Origin: Alphaproteobacteria bacterium
GTDB taxonomy: Bacteria; Pseudomonadota; Alphaproteobacteria; Bin95
Assembly (NCBI GenBank): GCA_963665325.3
Contig: OZ224045.1
Coordinates: forward strand, 320,001-384,000
Reading direction: 5' to 3'
DNA length: 64,000 bases
Position numbers and translations under genes: made by a program. The notes under the pieces are model-generated. The model was not told where the DNA came from and made no database searches. It saw nothing but the letters and a program-made list of their open reading frames with translations. Shown piece after piece: positions 38,032-48,730 of this stretch; positions within the stretch are counted from its first letter, which is position 1; every line of letters begins with the position of its first letter.

Positions 38032-39198
38032 ATGTCAGCCCTGTCCCTCTATGACGCTCCGTCCGTGGACTACGGCGCCGCCGAACCCGAAATGGCGCGC
38101 TATCGCGAGGCCGGGACGGCGCGGGCGCTCGCTCTGGACAACAGGGGGCCGCTGCGCCTCGGCCCGGACGGCGCGCTCGACCCGGCGATCCTGGAGTCCT
38201 ATTGGCGGCACGGCTTCTACATTTTCGAGGGCGCGCTGACTGCCGACGAGCTTGCGGACATCGAGCGCGACCTTGCCGACCTTCTGGAACGTGCGCCGAT
38301 GTCCCCGGGCGCGGAAACGGACAAGCATGGCCAACCTGCTTTCGACTACGGCAGAAAAGGCAGGGGCATCGGCTGGGTAAAGCCATTGTCGGACCCGGTT
38401 GGCGGCACCGATTACGCCTACGGCCGCCATCCGGCGAAGATGCTGGAGCCGGAGGCGCCAGGCGGCGCTCCGTCCCATGTGCTGCAACTCATCCATGGCT
38501 CGCTGCAATATTCCGAGGCATGCCTGCGCCTCTACGGCCATCCCGGGCTTCTGAAGGTGGCCGAGGCCGTAAACGGAAACGATTTCACACCGTTCAACGA
38601 GGCGATCTGGATCAAGCATCCGCACCTCGGCGGATCCGTCGCCTGGCACCAGGACGGCTGGACCCACTGGGACAGCCCGGAACTGGACGAGGGCAGCCAC
38701 GGCTTCAACTTCATGGCGCAGCTTTATGGATGCGACGCGGTGAACGGCCTCTGGGTGGTTCCCGGATCGCACCGCGGCGCGAGGGCGGACATAAAGGCGA
38801 TGGTGGCGGCCGCCGGTTCGGACCGACTGCCGGATGCCGTGCCGCTCGTTTGCGCGCCGGGCGATGTGGCTATCGTGAACAGGCAGGCCCTCCACGGCTC
38901 CTTCGCCAATACCGGCTCGAAGCCGCGTGTGACGCTGAACATGGGTTTCCACCGGCGGCGGTTCGTGCTGAACGTGGAGACGGGCGGCGTGCACAACCCG
39001 GTTGCCTATTACGATGCCGACTACATCCGGCGCCGGGCGCGGCTCATCCTGTACGCGATCGACGCGCGGCGCCAACGCTGGCCGGACGAGGAACCCTATC
39101 GCTATGAGCCTCTCGCCGACGAGGCGGAACGCTATCGCTGGACGCCGGCGACAATGGAAGAAATTCGCGACTACAATCTGGAAGACATCGGGATCTAG
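38032..39198 (+). CDS. PhyH family dioxygenase, long form
   Basis: WHQD, LWVVPGSH and LHGSFAN...R motifs. Confidence 0.92.
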   Translation: MSALSLYDAPSVDYGAAEPEMARYREAGTARALALDNRGPLRLGPDGALDPAILESYWRHGFYIFEGALTADELADIERDLADLLERAPMSPGAETDKHGQPAFDYGRKGRGIGWVKPLSDPVGGTDYAYGRHPAKMLEPEAPGGAPSHVLQLIHGSLQYSEACLRLYGHPGLLKVAEAVNGNDFTPFNEAIWIKHPHLGGSVAWHQDGWTHWDSPELDEGSHGFNFMAQLYGCDAVNGLWVVPGSHRGARADIKAMVAAAGSDRLPDAVPLVCAPGDVAIVNRQALHGSFANTGSKPRVTLNMGFHRRRFVLNVETGGVHNPVAYYDADYIRRRARLILYAIDARRQRWPDEEPYRYEPLADEAERYRWTPATMEEIRDYNLEDIGI

Positions 39199-39227
39199 GG
39201 CCCGACGGTGACCGGACGGAGGCGACG

Positions 39228-40016
39228 ATGGAATTGACGGCACAGCAGATCGACAGGTTTCAGGAGGACGGCTTCCTTATCTTTCCGGGGCTGTTTTCGG
39301 CCGAAGAGGTTGCGCGGCTGCGGGAGGAAGCGGAACGGGTTGCAGGGCTCGATGCTGAATGCGTTTTCCGCGAGGGTTCGAGCGGTGTGCCGAAGACGAT
39401 GTTCCGCCTCCACGCCGACGACGGCCCGACGGCCTCTCCTGCTTATCGCGCCGCCGCCCATGCGCCCCGCATTCTGCGGCCGGCCCAGCAGGCGATCGGC
39501 ACGGACGAGGTCTATATCCACCACTGCAAGGTCAACATGAAGGCAGCCATTGAGGGCAGCGCATGGCCCTGGCACCAGGATTTCGGGACCTGGCATCTGG
39601 ACGGAATCGACCAGCCGTCCCTGGCTACCTTCCTGGTGATGCTGGACGAAGCGACGGAGATGAACGGCTGCCTCTATTTCCTGCCGGGCAGCCACCGCGA
39701 CGGGCGCGTCGATCCCTATTTCGATAACTCGACCTCTTACAGCCTTTGGGCATCGACGCCGGAAACCATGAAGGCCGCGATGAACGCCCTGCCCGAGCCA
39801 GTTGCGGTGACGGGGCCGCCGGGAACGGCCGCCCTGTTCCATTGCAACCTGCTGCACGCTTCGGGCCACAACCTCTCGGCAACGGACCGCTGGCATGCCT
39901 ATTTCTGCTTCAACGCCTGCGCCAACCGGCCCCGGGATGTGGAGAACCCGCGCCCGGACTATGTGCGCTCGACCGACTGGCGCCCGATGGCAGCGGGAGC
40001 GGACGCAATTTCCTGA
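39228..40016 (+). CDS. PhyH family dioxygenase, EctD/proline-hydroxylase-like branch
   Basis: KVNMK, WPWHQDFGTW, NGCLYFLPGSH and LLHASGHN motifs. Confidence 0.92.
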   Translation: MELTAQQIDRFQEDGFLIFPGLFSAEEVARLREEAERVAGLDAECVFREGSSGVPKTMFRLHADDGPTASPAYRAAAHAPRILRPAQQAIGTDEVYIHHCKVNMKAAIEGSAWPWHQDFGTWHLDGIDQPSLATFLVMLDEATEMNGCLYFLPGSHRDGRVDPYFDNSTSYSLWASTPETMKAAMNALPEPVAVTGPPGTAALFHCNLLHASGHNLSATDRWHAYFCFNACANRPRDVENPRPDYVRSTDWRPMAAGADAIS

Positions 40017-40028
40017 CCGGCCGCGGGC

Positions 40029-41276
40029 CTATGCGGCCCGGACCAGCACATGGCGTTTGCGGCCGGCCGACAGCTTGATCGCGTCCTGCCCTTCCAGGTC
40101 CGCGAGACCGATCAGCCGGTCTTCGCTGGCGACGGGCGTGTCGTTGAGGCGCGCACCGCCACCTCTTATGAGCCGCCGCGCCGCGCCGCCGGTATCCGCG
40201 AGACCCGCCTGACGAAAAAGCGCGAAGGCCGGAATACCGGCTTCAAGCTCCGCGCGCGGAACCGTTATTTCCGGCAGTCCTTCCGCCGATTCGCCCTGCT
40301 CGAAGGTCCGTCGGGCCGTTTCAGCTGCCAGACGCGAAGCATCGGCGCCATGGCAAAGTACGGTCGCCGCGTCGGCAAGCGCTTTCTTGGCGTCGTTCAG
40401 TTCCCGGCCTTCCAACGCCTCCAACCGGGCGATCTCATCCATCGGAAGTTCGGTAAACAGGCGCAGGAAGCGGCCGACATCGCTGTCTTCCGTATTGCGC
40501 CAGAACTGCCAGTAGTCGTAGGGCGAAACCCGCTCGGCATTGAGCCAGACGGCGCCGCTCGCCGTCTTGCCCATCTTGGCGCCGCTCGCGGTTGCGATCA
40601 GCGGCGTCGTGAGGCCGAACAATTCGACACCTTCCGCGCGGCGTCCGAGATCGATGCCGCTTACAATATTGCCCCACTGGTCCGATCCGCCCATCTGCAG
40701 CCGGCAGCCGAAGCGACGCGCCAGTTCGGCGAAGTCGTAGGACTGCAGCACCGCGTAATTGAACTCGAGGAAGCTCAACGGCTGCTGCCGGTCGAGGCGC
40801 AGGCGCACACTATCCATCGAGAGCATGCGGTTCACGGAGAAATATCTCCCGTATTCCCTCAGGAACGGGATATAGGACAGGCTGTCCAACCAGTCCGCAT
40901 TGTTGACCATCAGGGCGTCCGACGCCCCGTCACCGAAGGTCAGGAACTTCTCGAACACGCGCCGGATGCCGGCCATGTTCGCGGCGATCTGCTCGTCCGA
41001 AAGCAGCGGCCGCGCATCTTCCTTTCCGGACGGATCACCGACCTTCGTCGTCCCGCCGCCCATCAATACGATGGGCTTGTGGCCCGCCTGCTGGTACCGG
41101 CGCAGCAGCATGATCGACACCAGCGAGCCGACATGGAGGCTGTCGGCCGTGCAGTCGAAGCCGATATAGGCCGGCACGGACGGCCCCTCCAACAGCGAGG
41201 CAAGCCCGGGAGCATCGGTGCATTGATGCAGGGAGCCCCGCTCGCGAATGGTTTCCAGAAAGGACGGCTCGGTCAT
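40029..41276 (-). CDS. tyrS: Tyrosine-tRNA ligase
   Basis: [22 protein letters not shown] and KMGKT motifs, C-terminal S4 domain. Confidence 0.98.
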   Translation of the reverse strand: MTEPSFLETIRERGSLHQCTDAPGLASLLEGPSVPAYIGFDCTADSLHVGSLVSIMLLRRYQQAGHKPIVLMGGGTTKVGDPSGKEDARPLLSDEQIAANMAGIRRVFEKFLTFGDGASDALMVNNADWLDSLSYIPFLREYGRYFSVNRMLSMDSVRLRLDRQQPLSFLEFNYAVLQSYDFAELARRFGCRLQMGGSDQWGNIVSGIDLGRRAEGVELFGLTTPLIATASGAKMGKTASGAVWLNAERVSPYDYWQFWRNTEDSDVGRFLRLFTELPMDEIARLEALEGRELNDAKKALADAATVLCHGADASRLAAETARRTFEQGESAEGLPEITVPRAELEAGIPAFALFRQAGLADTGGAARRLIRGGGARLNDTPVASEDRLIGLADLEGQDAIKLSAGRKRHVLVRAA

Positions 41277-41353
41277 CGGTCTCACTGTTCGGAAGGGGCG
41301 AAGCGCCGTTTATCATGGCGACCGGAAGCCGACAACGAAGCTGGGCGCATCCT

Positions 41354-42397
41354 ATGGACCTGACGATAGGCCTGATGAGCGGCACCTCGATGGACGGGGT
41401 GGACGCGGCTCTTCTGGAGACTGACGGCGAAGATGCAATCCGGCCGCTGTGTTTCATCTCCCTGCCCTATTACGAGACAGAGCGAGCTACCATCCGCGCG
41501 GCACTGGGCGCCGGGGATGGAAAGAAAGTTCGCGCCGCCGGGACAGTCGTGACGGACGCGCATATTCGCGCCGTCTTTCACCTGTTGGAAAAGACCGGTT
41601 CGCAGAGCATCGCGGCCATCGCCTTCCACGGCCATACGCTGGACCACCGCCCTCAGGACCGTTTCACCTTGCAGATCGGCGACGCTGCCCGCCTTGCACG
41701 GGAGACCGGCATCCCGGTCATCGCCGATTTCCGCAGTGCGGATGTCGCGGCCGGCGGCCAGGGCGCACCGCTTGCGCCGGTGTATCACCGCGCCCGCCTG
41801 GCCGGACAGGGGCGTCCCATTGCAGTGCTCAATATCGGTGGCGTCGCCAATGTCACCTGGATCGGGAGGGACGGCGCGATGCTCGCCTTCGATACCGGGC
41901 CCGGCAACGCGCTGCTCGACGACTGGTGCCGCCGCCATACAGGCGAGCCCATGGACCGGGACGGGAGGCTGGCGGCGCGGGGGCGTGTCGATGAGAGCGT
42001 GTTGGAGCAGCTTCTGGACCACCCCTATTTTGCCGCCCCGCCGCCGAAATCGCTCGACCGGCAGAGCTTTTCTTCCGCGCCTGTCGAGGCCCTCTCGCCA
42101 GCCGACGGTGCTGCGACGCTTGCCGCCTTCACCGTCGCTGCCGTCGCGCGCGCACCGCTCCCGGAGCCTCCGAGCCGTTGGATCGTGTCCGGCGGCGGAC
42201 GGCGGAACCCGGTGCTGATGGCCGCCCTGCCCGGTGCGGCCGAGCCGGCCGAGGCACTTGGCTGGGACGGAGACGCGCTGGAAGCGGAGGCTTTCGCCTA
42301 TCTCGCCGCCCGGAAGCTCAGGAACCTGCCGGCGAGCTTCCCCGGCACCACCGGCTGCCCGGCCCCGATGACGGCGGGACGGCTATTTCCGCCGTGA
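41354..42397 (+). CDS. anmK: Anhydro-N-acetylmuramic acid kinase
   Basis: GLMSGTSMDGVD, GGQGAPL, NIGGVAN and FDTGPGN motifs; divergent from tyrS. Confidence 0.97.
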   Translation: MDLTIGLMSGTSMDGVDAALLETDGEDAIRPLCFISLPYYETERATIRAALGAGDGKKVRAAGTVVTDAHIRAVFHLLEKTGSQSIAAIAFHGHTLDHRPQDRFTLQIGDAARLARETGIPVIADFRSADVAAGGQGAPLAPVYHRARLAGQGRPIAVLNIGGVANVTWIGRDGAMLAFDTGPGNALLDDWCRRHTGEPMDRDGRLAARGRVDESVLEQLLDHPYFAAPPPKSLDRQSFSSAPVEALSPADGAATLAAFTVAAVARAPLPEPPSRWIVSGGGRRNPVLMAALPGAAEPAEALGWDGDALEAEAFAYLAARKLRNLPASFPGTTGCPAPMTAGRLFPP

Positions 42398-43570
42398 CAC
42401 GCTCGCTGCCGACACCGCCCCCAGGATGGCGATGACGCCCGCAGAGGCGAACGCATAGCCCCAGGCGTTCACGGACGCCGCGCCGCCCGTCGTCTCCAGG
42501 ACGATCCCGAACAGCGCCGGGCCGACGAAACCGCCAGCCGAATTGCCGAAGGCGTGGAGAGCGAGCGCCCGCCCCCGCAGTTCGGGGCTGGTGACCTCGA
42601 TGATGCTGCCCGCCAGCGTGCCCGCATCCATCAGCACGAAGAGATTGTGGAACAGCACCGGCCCGAATAGGAGCAGCCAGAACGGCCAGTCCGCCGCGAA
42701 TCCGACGACGCAGGCCGCGCTGCCGGACAGGAGCAGGGATAATGCCGAGATCCGCGCCATTCCGAAGCGCGCGCCAAGCCAGGAACCAACCATGCCCGTA
42801 GGCGCGCCGAGTAATGTGAGCGCCATGGCGAGCAGCGGCCAGTTCCAGTCGGGCGCGCCGCCGTCCGTCGTCGCGGCAAACACGAAAAAGGCGACCATCC
42901 AACTGCGGAGCGACAACAGTTCTATGGTATGGAATAAATTCGCCAAGACCACCTTCATCGCATTCCGATTGACGAAGACCGGACGAAGATCCAGGGAAGC
43001 GTTGCCACCTCCCGCCACTGCCTTCGGTGCGATCAGGCTCCACACAAGAAGGGCCGCCACAACCGCCGCTATGCCCGGAACGGCGAAGGCCAGCCGCCAG
43101 CCGATCGCGGCATCCAGCCAGTAGGTCGTGACATAGGAACAGCTCGCCGCAATCGGGAATGTCGATATGTAGAACGCGCCGGCCCGCGCCTCCTTGCCCG
43201 GCGGCATTCGATCCGCAATGACCTTGACCCCGGGCACGTAAGTCCACGCAAAACCGATGCCTTGCACCAGGCGGAAACCGAACCCCGACCAGAAGCCGTC
43301 GGCGAAAAGCGCGAAGCCGAGGAACCCCGCGGCATTGGCCACGGAACCGGCGATCACCAGTCGGCGGGCATCGAAGCGGTCGCTCCCGATGCTGACCAGA
43401 ATGGCGAAAATCGACGACAGATAGGGCGCGCCGGCAAGCCAGCCGGCCTCGCTTTCCGAGAGCGTCCAGCGGGCGATAAAATCCGGCAGCAATGCGGGGA
43501 ACCCGTGCAGGCCGATCAGGTTGAGCCCCAGATGGCCGCACATGATCAAGAGCAGGACGGGGGTTTTCAT
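42383..43570 (-). CDS. MFS transporter
   Basis: About 12 hydrophobic segments and an SDRFDARR motif. Confidence 0.88.
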   Translation of the reverse strand: MKTPVLLLIMCGHLGLNLIGLHGFPALLPDFIARWTLSESEAGWLAGAPYLSSIFAILVSIGSDRFDARRLVIAGSVANAAGFLGFALFADGFWSGFGFRLVQGIGFAWTYVPGVKVIADRMPPGKEARAGAFYISTFPIAASCSYVTTYWLDAAIGWRLAFAVPGIAAVVAALLVWSLIAPKAVAGGGNASLDLRPVFVNRNAMKVVLANLFHTIELLSLRSWMVAFFVFAATTDGGAPDWNWPLLAMALTLLGAPTGMVGSWLGARFGMARISALSLLLSGSAACVVGFAADWPFWLLLFGPVLFHNLFVLMDAGTLAGSIIEVTSPELRGRALALHAFGNSAGGFVGPALFGIVLETTGGAASVNAWGYAFASAGVIAILGAVSAASVSRRK

Positions 43571-45084
43571 TCGCCGACTCCCCTGCCCGGCCTGCGCAGC
43601 AGCAGCACCAGCGGCGTAGCGGCAACGATCGCAACCGCCAGCAGCATGAAGTCGTTTACGAACGCGATGGTCTCCGCCTGGCGCAGCACCTCCCGGCGCA
43701 ATGCCGCCACCGCCGCATCGCTGCCGAGGTCCCAGGGCGACAGGTGCAAGGCTTCGCTATAGTACGAGATGAAGTCCTTCAACGCCGTATAGTTGGCTTG
43801 GGAGCTACGAGTGAGCACGGCGACAACGATGGACGTGCCCATGGATGCGCCCACGGCGCGGACCAGCGCGAACAGCGCCGCGGCTTCCGTCCGGTAACGT
43901 TGTGCGAGGGTGGAAAAGGTGACGGTGGTAAGCGCCACCCACATCATGCCCATTCCGGCACCGTTCAACACCGTCGTCCAAACAACGTCGGCGGCGCTCA
44001 CCTGGTGGTTCCATCCGGTCATCCAGAGATTGGACACCCCGACCGCGCCCAGGCCGGCCAGGATGAGGTATTTGCCGGCGACCCGGTTCGCCAACACGCC
44101 GGCAAGGAACATCGCGATTCCCGTCCCGATACCTCGGGCCGACAGCACCCAGCCGGCGGCCAGCACCGGGTAACCCTGAATATTCTGGAGAAAGAGCGGC
44201 AGCAGGAACATGCTGGCAAACACGGTGATGCCGAAGACAAAGATCAGGGCCAGCCCGACGACGAAGTTCCTGTCCCGGAAAATTGCAAGGTCGATATAGG
44301 GCGCCCGGGCCGTAAGCGAATGGGCAATGAACAGGTAGAGGCATAGCCCGGCGAGCGCCGCTTCCAGCACGATTTCCGGCGAGTGGAACCAGTCCTGTCG
44401 TTCGCCCCGATCCAGCACCAATTGCAGGCAGGCAACGCCGACGCCCAGCGTCAGGAGCCCCAGCCAGTCGAGCGAAATACCGCGTTTCTCGGTTTCGGGT
44501 GTCGTCATCCAGATACCGAGGAACGCGATGCAACCCAATGGTACATTGATGTAAAATATGTATCGCCAGCCGTAGAATTCCGTAAGCAGCGCGCCCACGG
44601 TCGGCCCGGCCACCGGCCCCAAAATCATGCCCATTGACCAGATCGACATGGCGAAGCCATGCCGGTGGCGGGGGTAGGTGTCGAGCATGATCGCCTGGCT
44701 GATGGGCAGCAAAGGCGCGCTGCCGAAGCCCTGCAACGCCCGGAACAACACCAATTGGCCCAAGCTGTCCGCAGAAGCGCAAAGCAACCCCGTCACGGTG
44801 AACGCGGCGATGGAGCACAGGAACACCAGACGCCGTCCGAATTTGACGGCAAGCCAGCCGGACACCGTCGTCCCGAGCGCGGACGCAACGATAAAGGCAG
44901 TCACCACCCACCCGACCTGATCGGGCGTCGCCGAGAGGTTGCCCTGCATTGAAGGCAGGGCAACATACGCGGTGCTCATATTGACCGAGTGCAGCAGCGA
45001 GGCTGCGAGCACCGGTATGGTTATCGTTACCGTTTCCGCGCGGGAGAACGGCCCCGCCGCCGGCCGGTTACGGGTCGAGAGCAA
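43567..45084 (-). CDS. DHA2/EmrB-QacA family MFS efflux permease
   Basis: VALPSMQGNL, LGPVAGPTVG, WRYIFYINVP and LDRGERQDWF motifs; start uncertain. Confidence 0.92.
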   Translation of the reverse strand: MLSTRNRPAAGPFSRAETVTITIPVLAASLLHSVNMSTAYVALPSMQGNLSATPDQVGWVVTAFIVASALGTTVSGWLAVKFGRRLVFLCSIAAFTVTGLLCASADSLGQLVLFRALQGFGSAPLLPISQAIMLDTYPRHRHGFAMSIWSMGMILGPVAGPTVGALLTEFYGWRYIFYINVPLGCIAFLGIWMTTPETEKRGISLDWLGLLTLGVGVACLQLVLDRGERQDWFHSPEIVLEAALAGLCLYLFIAHSLTARAPYIDLAIFRDRNFVVGLALIFVFGITVFASMFLLPLFLQNIQGYPVLAAGWVLSARGIGTGIAMFLAGVLANRVAGKYLILAGLGAVGVSNLWMTGWNHQVSAADVVWTTVLNGAGMGMMWVALTTVTFSTLAQRYRTEAAALFALVRAVGASMGTSIVVAVLTRSSQANYTALKDFISYYSEALHLSPWDLGSDAAVAALRREVLRQAETIAFVNDFMLLAVAIVAATPLVLLLRRPGRGVGE

Positions 45085-45108
45085 CGGCGGAGCCGCTATG
45101 CCGGATCG

Positions 45109-45921
45109 TCAGACCGAGGAGTTCGGGTCGAAGTTCGGCGGCCTCTTCTCCAGATGCGCCGCAAGGCCTTCCTCGACCTCCGGCCCGGTGAAGCCCAGCA
45201 TTTCCAGTGCGGTCGAGGCGTCGTAGGCCGGCCCCATCATGCGATACCAGTTGTTCAGCGCATATTTGGTCCAGCGGATGGCGCTCGGCGCCCCCCTGGC
45301 GAGCTTGCCTGCGACTTCCAGGGCCTTGTCCTGCAATTCGTCGTCCTCGACGCAGAGCGATACCAGCCCGATCCGTTCGGCTTCCTCGCCGTAAACCGAC
45401 TCGCAAAGCATCAGGTAGTATTTGGCCTTCGCCATGCCGCAAAGCAGCGGCCAGTTGATGACCGAGTGGTCGCCCGCGGCGACGCCGAGCCTCGTGTGGC
45501 CGTCGATGATGCGCGCCGATTTGCCGGCGATGGAAATGTCGCACAGCAACCCGGCGACGAGGCCGGCGCCCACGGCGACCCCGTTCAGCGCCGAAACCGT
45601 GGGCTTGCAGCAATCGATGATGTTGTAAACGAGGTCCCTGGCTTCCTTCCAGGCGCGGACGCGGTCGTCATAGTTGTCGATGTTCTTGCGGATCATCGAG
45701 AAATCGCCGCCGGAGGAAAACGCCCTGCCCTTGCCGGTCAGAATTACCGCCGAGACGTCCCGATCCTGGTCGATCTCCCGCCAGATGTAGGTCATGTCCC
45801 GGTGGCCGTTGGAGTCGAGCGAGTTGTAGGTCTCGGGCTTGTTGAGGGTCAGGCGCAGAACGCGCTCTTCCGGCCAGTCGATCTCGAACGTCCGGCGGTA
45901 GTCGTCGTAGCGGTCGCCCAT
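45109..45921 (-). CDS. Crotonase-family protein with non-canonical active site
   Basis: AFSSGGD, AVGAG and IIDGHTRLG motifs. Confidence 0.9.
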   Translation of the reverse strand: MGDRYDDYRRTFEIDWPEERVLRLTLNKPETYNSLDSNGHRDMTYIWREIDQDRDVSAVILTGKGRAFSSGGDFSMIRKNIDNYDDRVRAWKEARDLVYNIIDCCKPTVSALNGVAVGAGLVAGLLCDISIAGKSARIIDGHTRLGVAAGDHSVINWPLLCGMAKAKYYLMLCESVYGEEAERIGLVSLCVEDDELQDKALEVAGKLARGAPSAIRWTKYALNNWYRMMGPAYDASTALEMLGFTGPEVEEGLAAHLEKRPPNFDPNSSV

Positions 45922-46012
45922 CGGGGCTTTCCTCCTGCTTTGTCGCGTGTCGATTGTTGCCGCGCGGTTCTGGCGCGAAGCGGGTTCCGGGTCAATCGGC
46001 GGACGGACCGCC

Positions 46013-47347
46013 TCAGAGTGCTTCGGCTTCTGCTGCCTCCCCCTCCATAGCGGCCAGTTCGCCGAGGGTGAGAGGCTTGATCGGCGGGCGGATGCGGAAG
46101 CTACCGATGTCCTCGACCGCCAGACCGCGCTCATCAGCAATGATTTCGGCGACCGCAAGCCCGCACATCCGTCCCTGGCACGGCCCCATGCCGGCCCGCG
46201 CGAAGGCCTTGAGCTGGTTCGGCCCCATGGCGCCGTCGCGCACCGCCTGGCGAATGTCGCCGGCCGTCAAGCTTTCGCAACGGCAAACCAGCGCCCCGTC
46301 CGCGGGCAAGCCGGTATGGGGACGGAACAGACGGTCCAGCAAGGGCCGCGTCGCACGCTCTCGCTCCAGAGACCCGACGAGCTCGGCGGGGTCGATGCCC
46401 GCGACGAGCCGGGCTGCAATCCGTCCCGAAAGGGCGGCGGCCCGGGCGCCTGCAATGCCGCCGGCATCGCCGGCAACCAGCAAGGTCTCCTGCTCCGTTT
46501 GTCCCAGCGGGTCCACCGCCGGCGCCCAGTGGCGCTGCTCCGCGTGCCAGCGGTGCGGGAGGCCGGCCTGACGCGACAGGTGAGTCTGCGGAACCACGCC
46601 CTCGTGCAGCAACAACAAGTCGCACGCGATTTCACCACCCTCGAAGCGCACCGAAGCTCCGGTCGCCTCCAGGCCGGAGACGCCGGAACGGAACGCGACG
46701 CCTGCGCGCTTCAGCCTGCGCCGCATCGCAACACCCTTCGCGAGGTCGCGCCAACCCGCAAATGCTCGGGGCAAGGCAGGCGCCGCGTCCAGGTAGTCGC
46801 TGCGGGCCGTCGTCTCCAGCACGGCCACGACGTTTGCGCCCGCGTCGAGGAGCTGGCAGCCGACCAGCAGAAGCAGCGGTCCCGCCCCCGCCAATACGAT
46901 CCGCCCGGCCGGAACCAGCCCGGAGGCTTTGAGCAATGTCTGCGCGGCGCCGGCTCCCATAACGCCTGGCTGTTCGGCTCCGGGGACCGGCACCGGACGC
47001 TCCATAGCCCCGGTAGCGATCAACACGCGGTCCGCCGCAACGGTCGCGGCTCGGCCCTCCCGGCTGTAGGCGAGCCGGGCTCCCGCATCGAGACGCCAGA
47101 CGGCGCTGTTCGGACGATAGTCTATGCCGGCCGCGCGAAACGCCTCCGCCAGCGCCCGGCCTGCAGCATACTCGTCTCCCAGTATCGCCAAAAGCTCCGG
47201 TCCGGCGCGCTCGATGCCGCGATAGATCTGCCCTCCGGGCTCCGGCTGGTCGTCCAGCAGGACGACGGATAGGCCGTGCGCCGCCGCTTCGACGGCAGCC
47301 GCCATGCCGGCCGGGCCTGCGCCCACGATGGCAAGGTCGGTGCTCAT
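46013..47347 (-). CDS. OoxA/HcnB-like FAD/NAD(P) oxidoreductase with C-terminal Bfd-like Cys domain
   Basis: GAGPAG, GGQIYR, ATGAMERP, CRCE and GMGPCQGRMC motifs. Confidence 0.92.
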   Translation of the reverse strand: MSTDLAIVGAGPAGMAAAVEAAAHGLSVVLLDDQPEPGGQIYRGIERAGPELLAILGDEYAAGRALAEAFRAAGIDYRPNSAVWRLDAGARLAYSREGRAATVAADRVLIATGAMERPVPVPGAEQPGVMGAGAAQTLLKASGLVPAGRIVLAGAGPLLLLVGCQLLDAGANVVAVLETTARSDYLDAAPALPRAFAGWRDLAKGVAMRRRLKRAGVAFRSGVSGLEATGASVRFEGGEIACDLLLLHEGVVPQTHLSRQAGLPHRWHAEQRHWAPAVDPLGQTEQETLLVAGDAGGIAGARAAALSGRIAARLVAGIDPAELVGSLERERATRPLLDRLFRPHTGLPADGALVCRCESLTAGDIRQAVRDGAMGPNQLKAFARAGMGPCQGRMCGLAVAEIIADERGLAVEDIGSFRIRPPIKPLTLGELAAMEGEAAEAEAL

Positions 47348-47637
47348 GGCCGGCGGCGCACTCCATCCGTTTGGCGAACGACGCGGATCCCTTCGTGCAC
47401 CGGTGTCATGCAGGCCTGACGGTTCGGCTCGCCGTCGATCTCCACCAGGCATTCGAAACAAACGCCCATGGCGCACCAGGGGCCGCGCGGTCCGCCATCG
47501 ACCGGCGCGTGTCGAAATGCCGAGATTCCAGCGGCGAACATGGCCGCCGCTACGCTGTCGCCGGGCGCAGCAGTTGCACGCTCGCCATCAATCTCGATCG
47601 TGACCGATGCCTCGCGCTCAGGCAGCCGCCGGAACAT
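47344..47637 (-). CDS. [2Fe-2S] small subunit (HcnA/OdhC-like)
   Basis: CAMGVCFECLV...QAC motif. Confidence 0.92.
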   Translation of the reverse strand: MFRRLPEREASVTIEIDGERATAAPGDSVAAAMFAAGISAFRHAPVDGGPRGPWCAMGVCFECLVEIDGEPNRQACMTPVHEGIRVVRQTDGVRRRP

Positions 47638-48730
47638 CGAACCTCCGCGCGCTGAAGGCTCCGAACCCGTCCGGTTGTCTTCCTTCGGCGATCCATTCGG
47701 GCAAGCGGGCCGCATGAACGGCAGCGAGCGTGACGCCGCTGTGCATCGTCGCGACGAAGGCGCCGGGATGGCTCTCCGACTCGTCGTAGATCGGACAGCG
47801 GTCGGGCGGGATAACGCGCAGCGCCGCCCAGCTCCGCACCAGCCGCAGCCGTTCCAGCGCCGGCAACGCCCGGATGGCGCGCTGGGCCAGCCCGCGCGCC
47901 GCTTTCAGTGTTGTGCCGGTGTCGAAGCCGACGCTCTCCTGTGTTGCGCCGATCATGACCGTCCCTTCCACCGTCTGGCGGAGATTGCCCATCGGCATCG
48001 GCATGAACCGTTCCGTCCGTTCGGTCACCAGCACCTGCCCGCGTTCGGGCACGGTCGGCACATGCAGACCGACCTGCGCGGCCAGTGGCGGAATGCCGTT
48101 GCCGGCAGCCAGCAACAGCTTCGGCGCCTCGAATACGCCAGCCTCGGTCTCCACCCTGAAGCCGCGCTGGATGCTGAGGACACGTGCTCCGGGCCGATAG
48201 CGGCCGCCTTTCGCCCTGAAGCCGGCATGAAGGGCGCGCAGCAGGAAAAGCGGGCCGCAATGGCCGTCCTTTTCCGAGAAGGACGCGCCGACGACCTCCT
48301 GCCCAAAGCGAACGCCAGGCGCCATCCGCTCCAATTCGGCGCGCTCGACCATTCGCGCGTGATAGCCGCCGCCCTGCTCGGCCATGGCGTCGTTGAGCCG
48401 ACGTTGCGCATCCCATTCCGCGTCGCCGAGGCACAGGATCGCGCCACCGGGCCGCTCATGGTGGATGTCGATGCCCGTGACATCGGCCAGTTCGGCGGCG
48501 AAACCCGAATAGCGGTCCGCCGATTCCTGCGACCACTCCTGGTAGCGCTGCAGGCCGAAGCCCTTGGTCTGGACCCATACAAGTCCGAAATTGCCCCTTG
48601 CCGCCCGAAAGGCGTCGTCGCCCTCGTCGAGCATGAGCACGTCGAGCCCTTCCCCGACGAGCCCGTAAGCCGCCGCCGCACCGACCATGCCGCCGCCGAT
48701 GACGATGATATCCGCCGTTCCCTCAAGCAT
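47618..48730 (-). CDS. OoxB/HcnC-like DAO-family FAD oxidoreductase
   Basis: IGGGMVG, RGNFGLVWVQ, RGQVLVTE, WAALR and HSGVTLA motifs. Confidence 0.92.
   Translation of the reverse strand: MLEGTADIIVIGGGMVGAAAAYGLVGEGLDVLMLDEGDDAFRAARGNFGLVWVQTKGFGLQRYQEWSQESADRYSGFAAELADVTGIDIHHERPGGAILCLGDAEWDAQRRLNDAMAEQGGGYHARMVERAELERMAPGVRFGQEVVGASFSEKDGHCGPLFLLRALHAGFRAKGGRYRPGARVLSIQRGFRVETEAGVFEAPKLLLAAGNGIPPLAAQVGLHVPTVPERGQVLVTERTERFMPMPMGNLRQTVEGTVMIGATQESVGFDTGTTLKAARGLAQRAIRALPALERLRLVRSWAALRVIPPDRCPIYDESESHPGAFVATMHSGVTLAAVHAARLPEWIAEGRQPDGFGAFSARRFDVPAAA

Noticed and set aside
39228-40016. Ectoine hydroxylase ectD call
   Set aside because: WHQDFGTWHLDG departs from the EctD signature WHSDFETWHxEDG, and no ect genes are nearby.
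46013-48730. Hydrogen cyanide synthase call
   Set aside because: The order differs from hcnABC, and the DAO-subunit motif looks more like opine oxidases.
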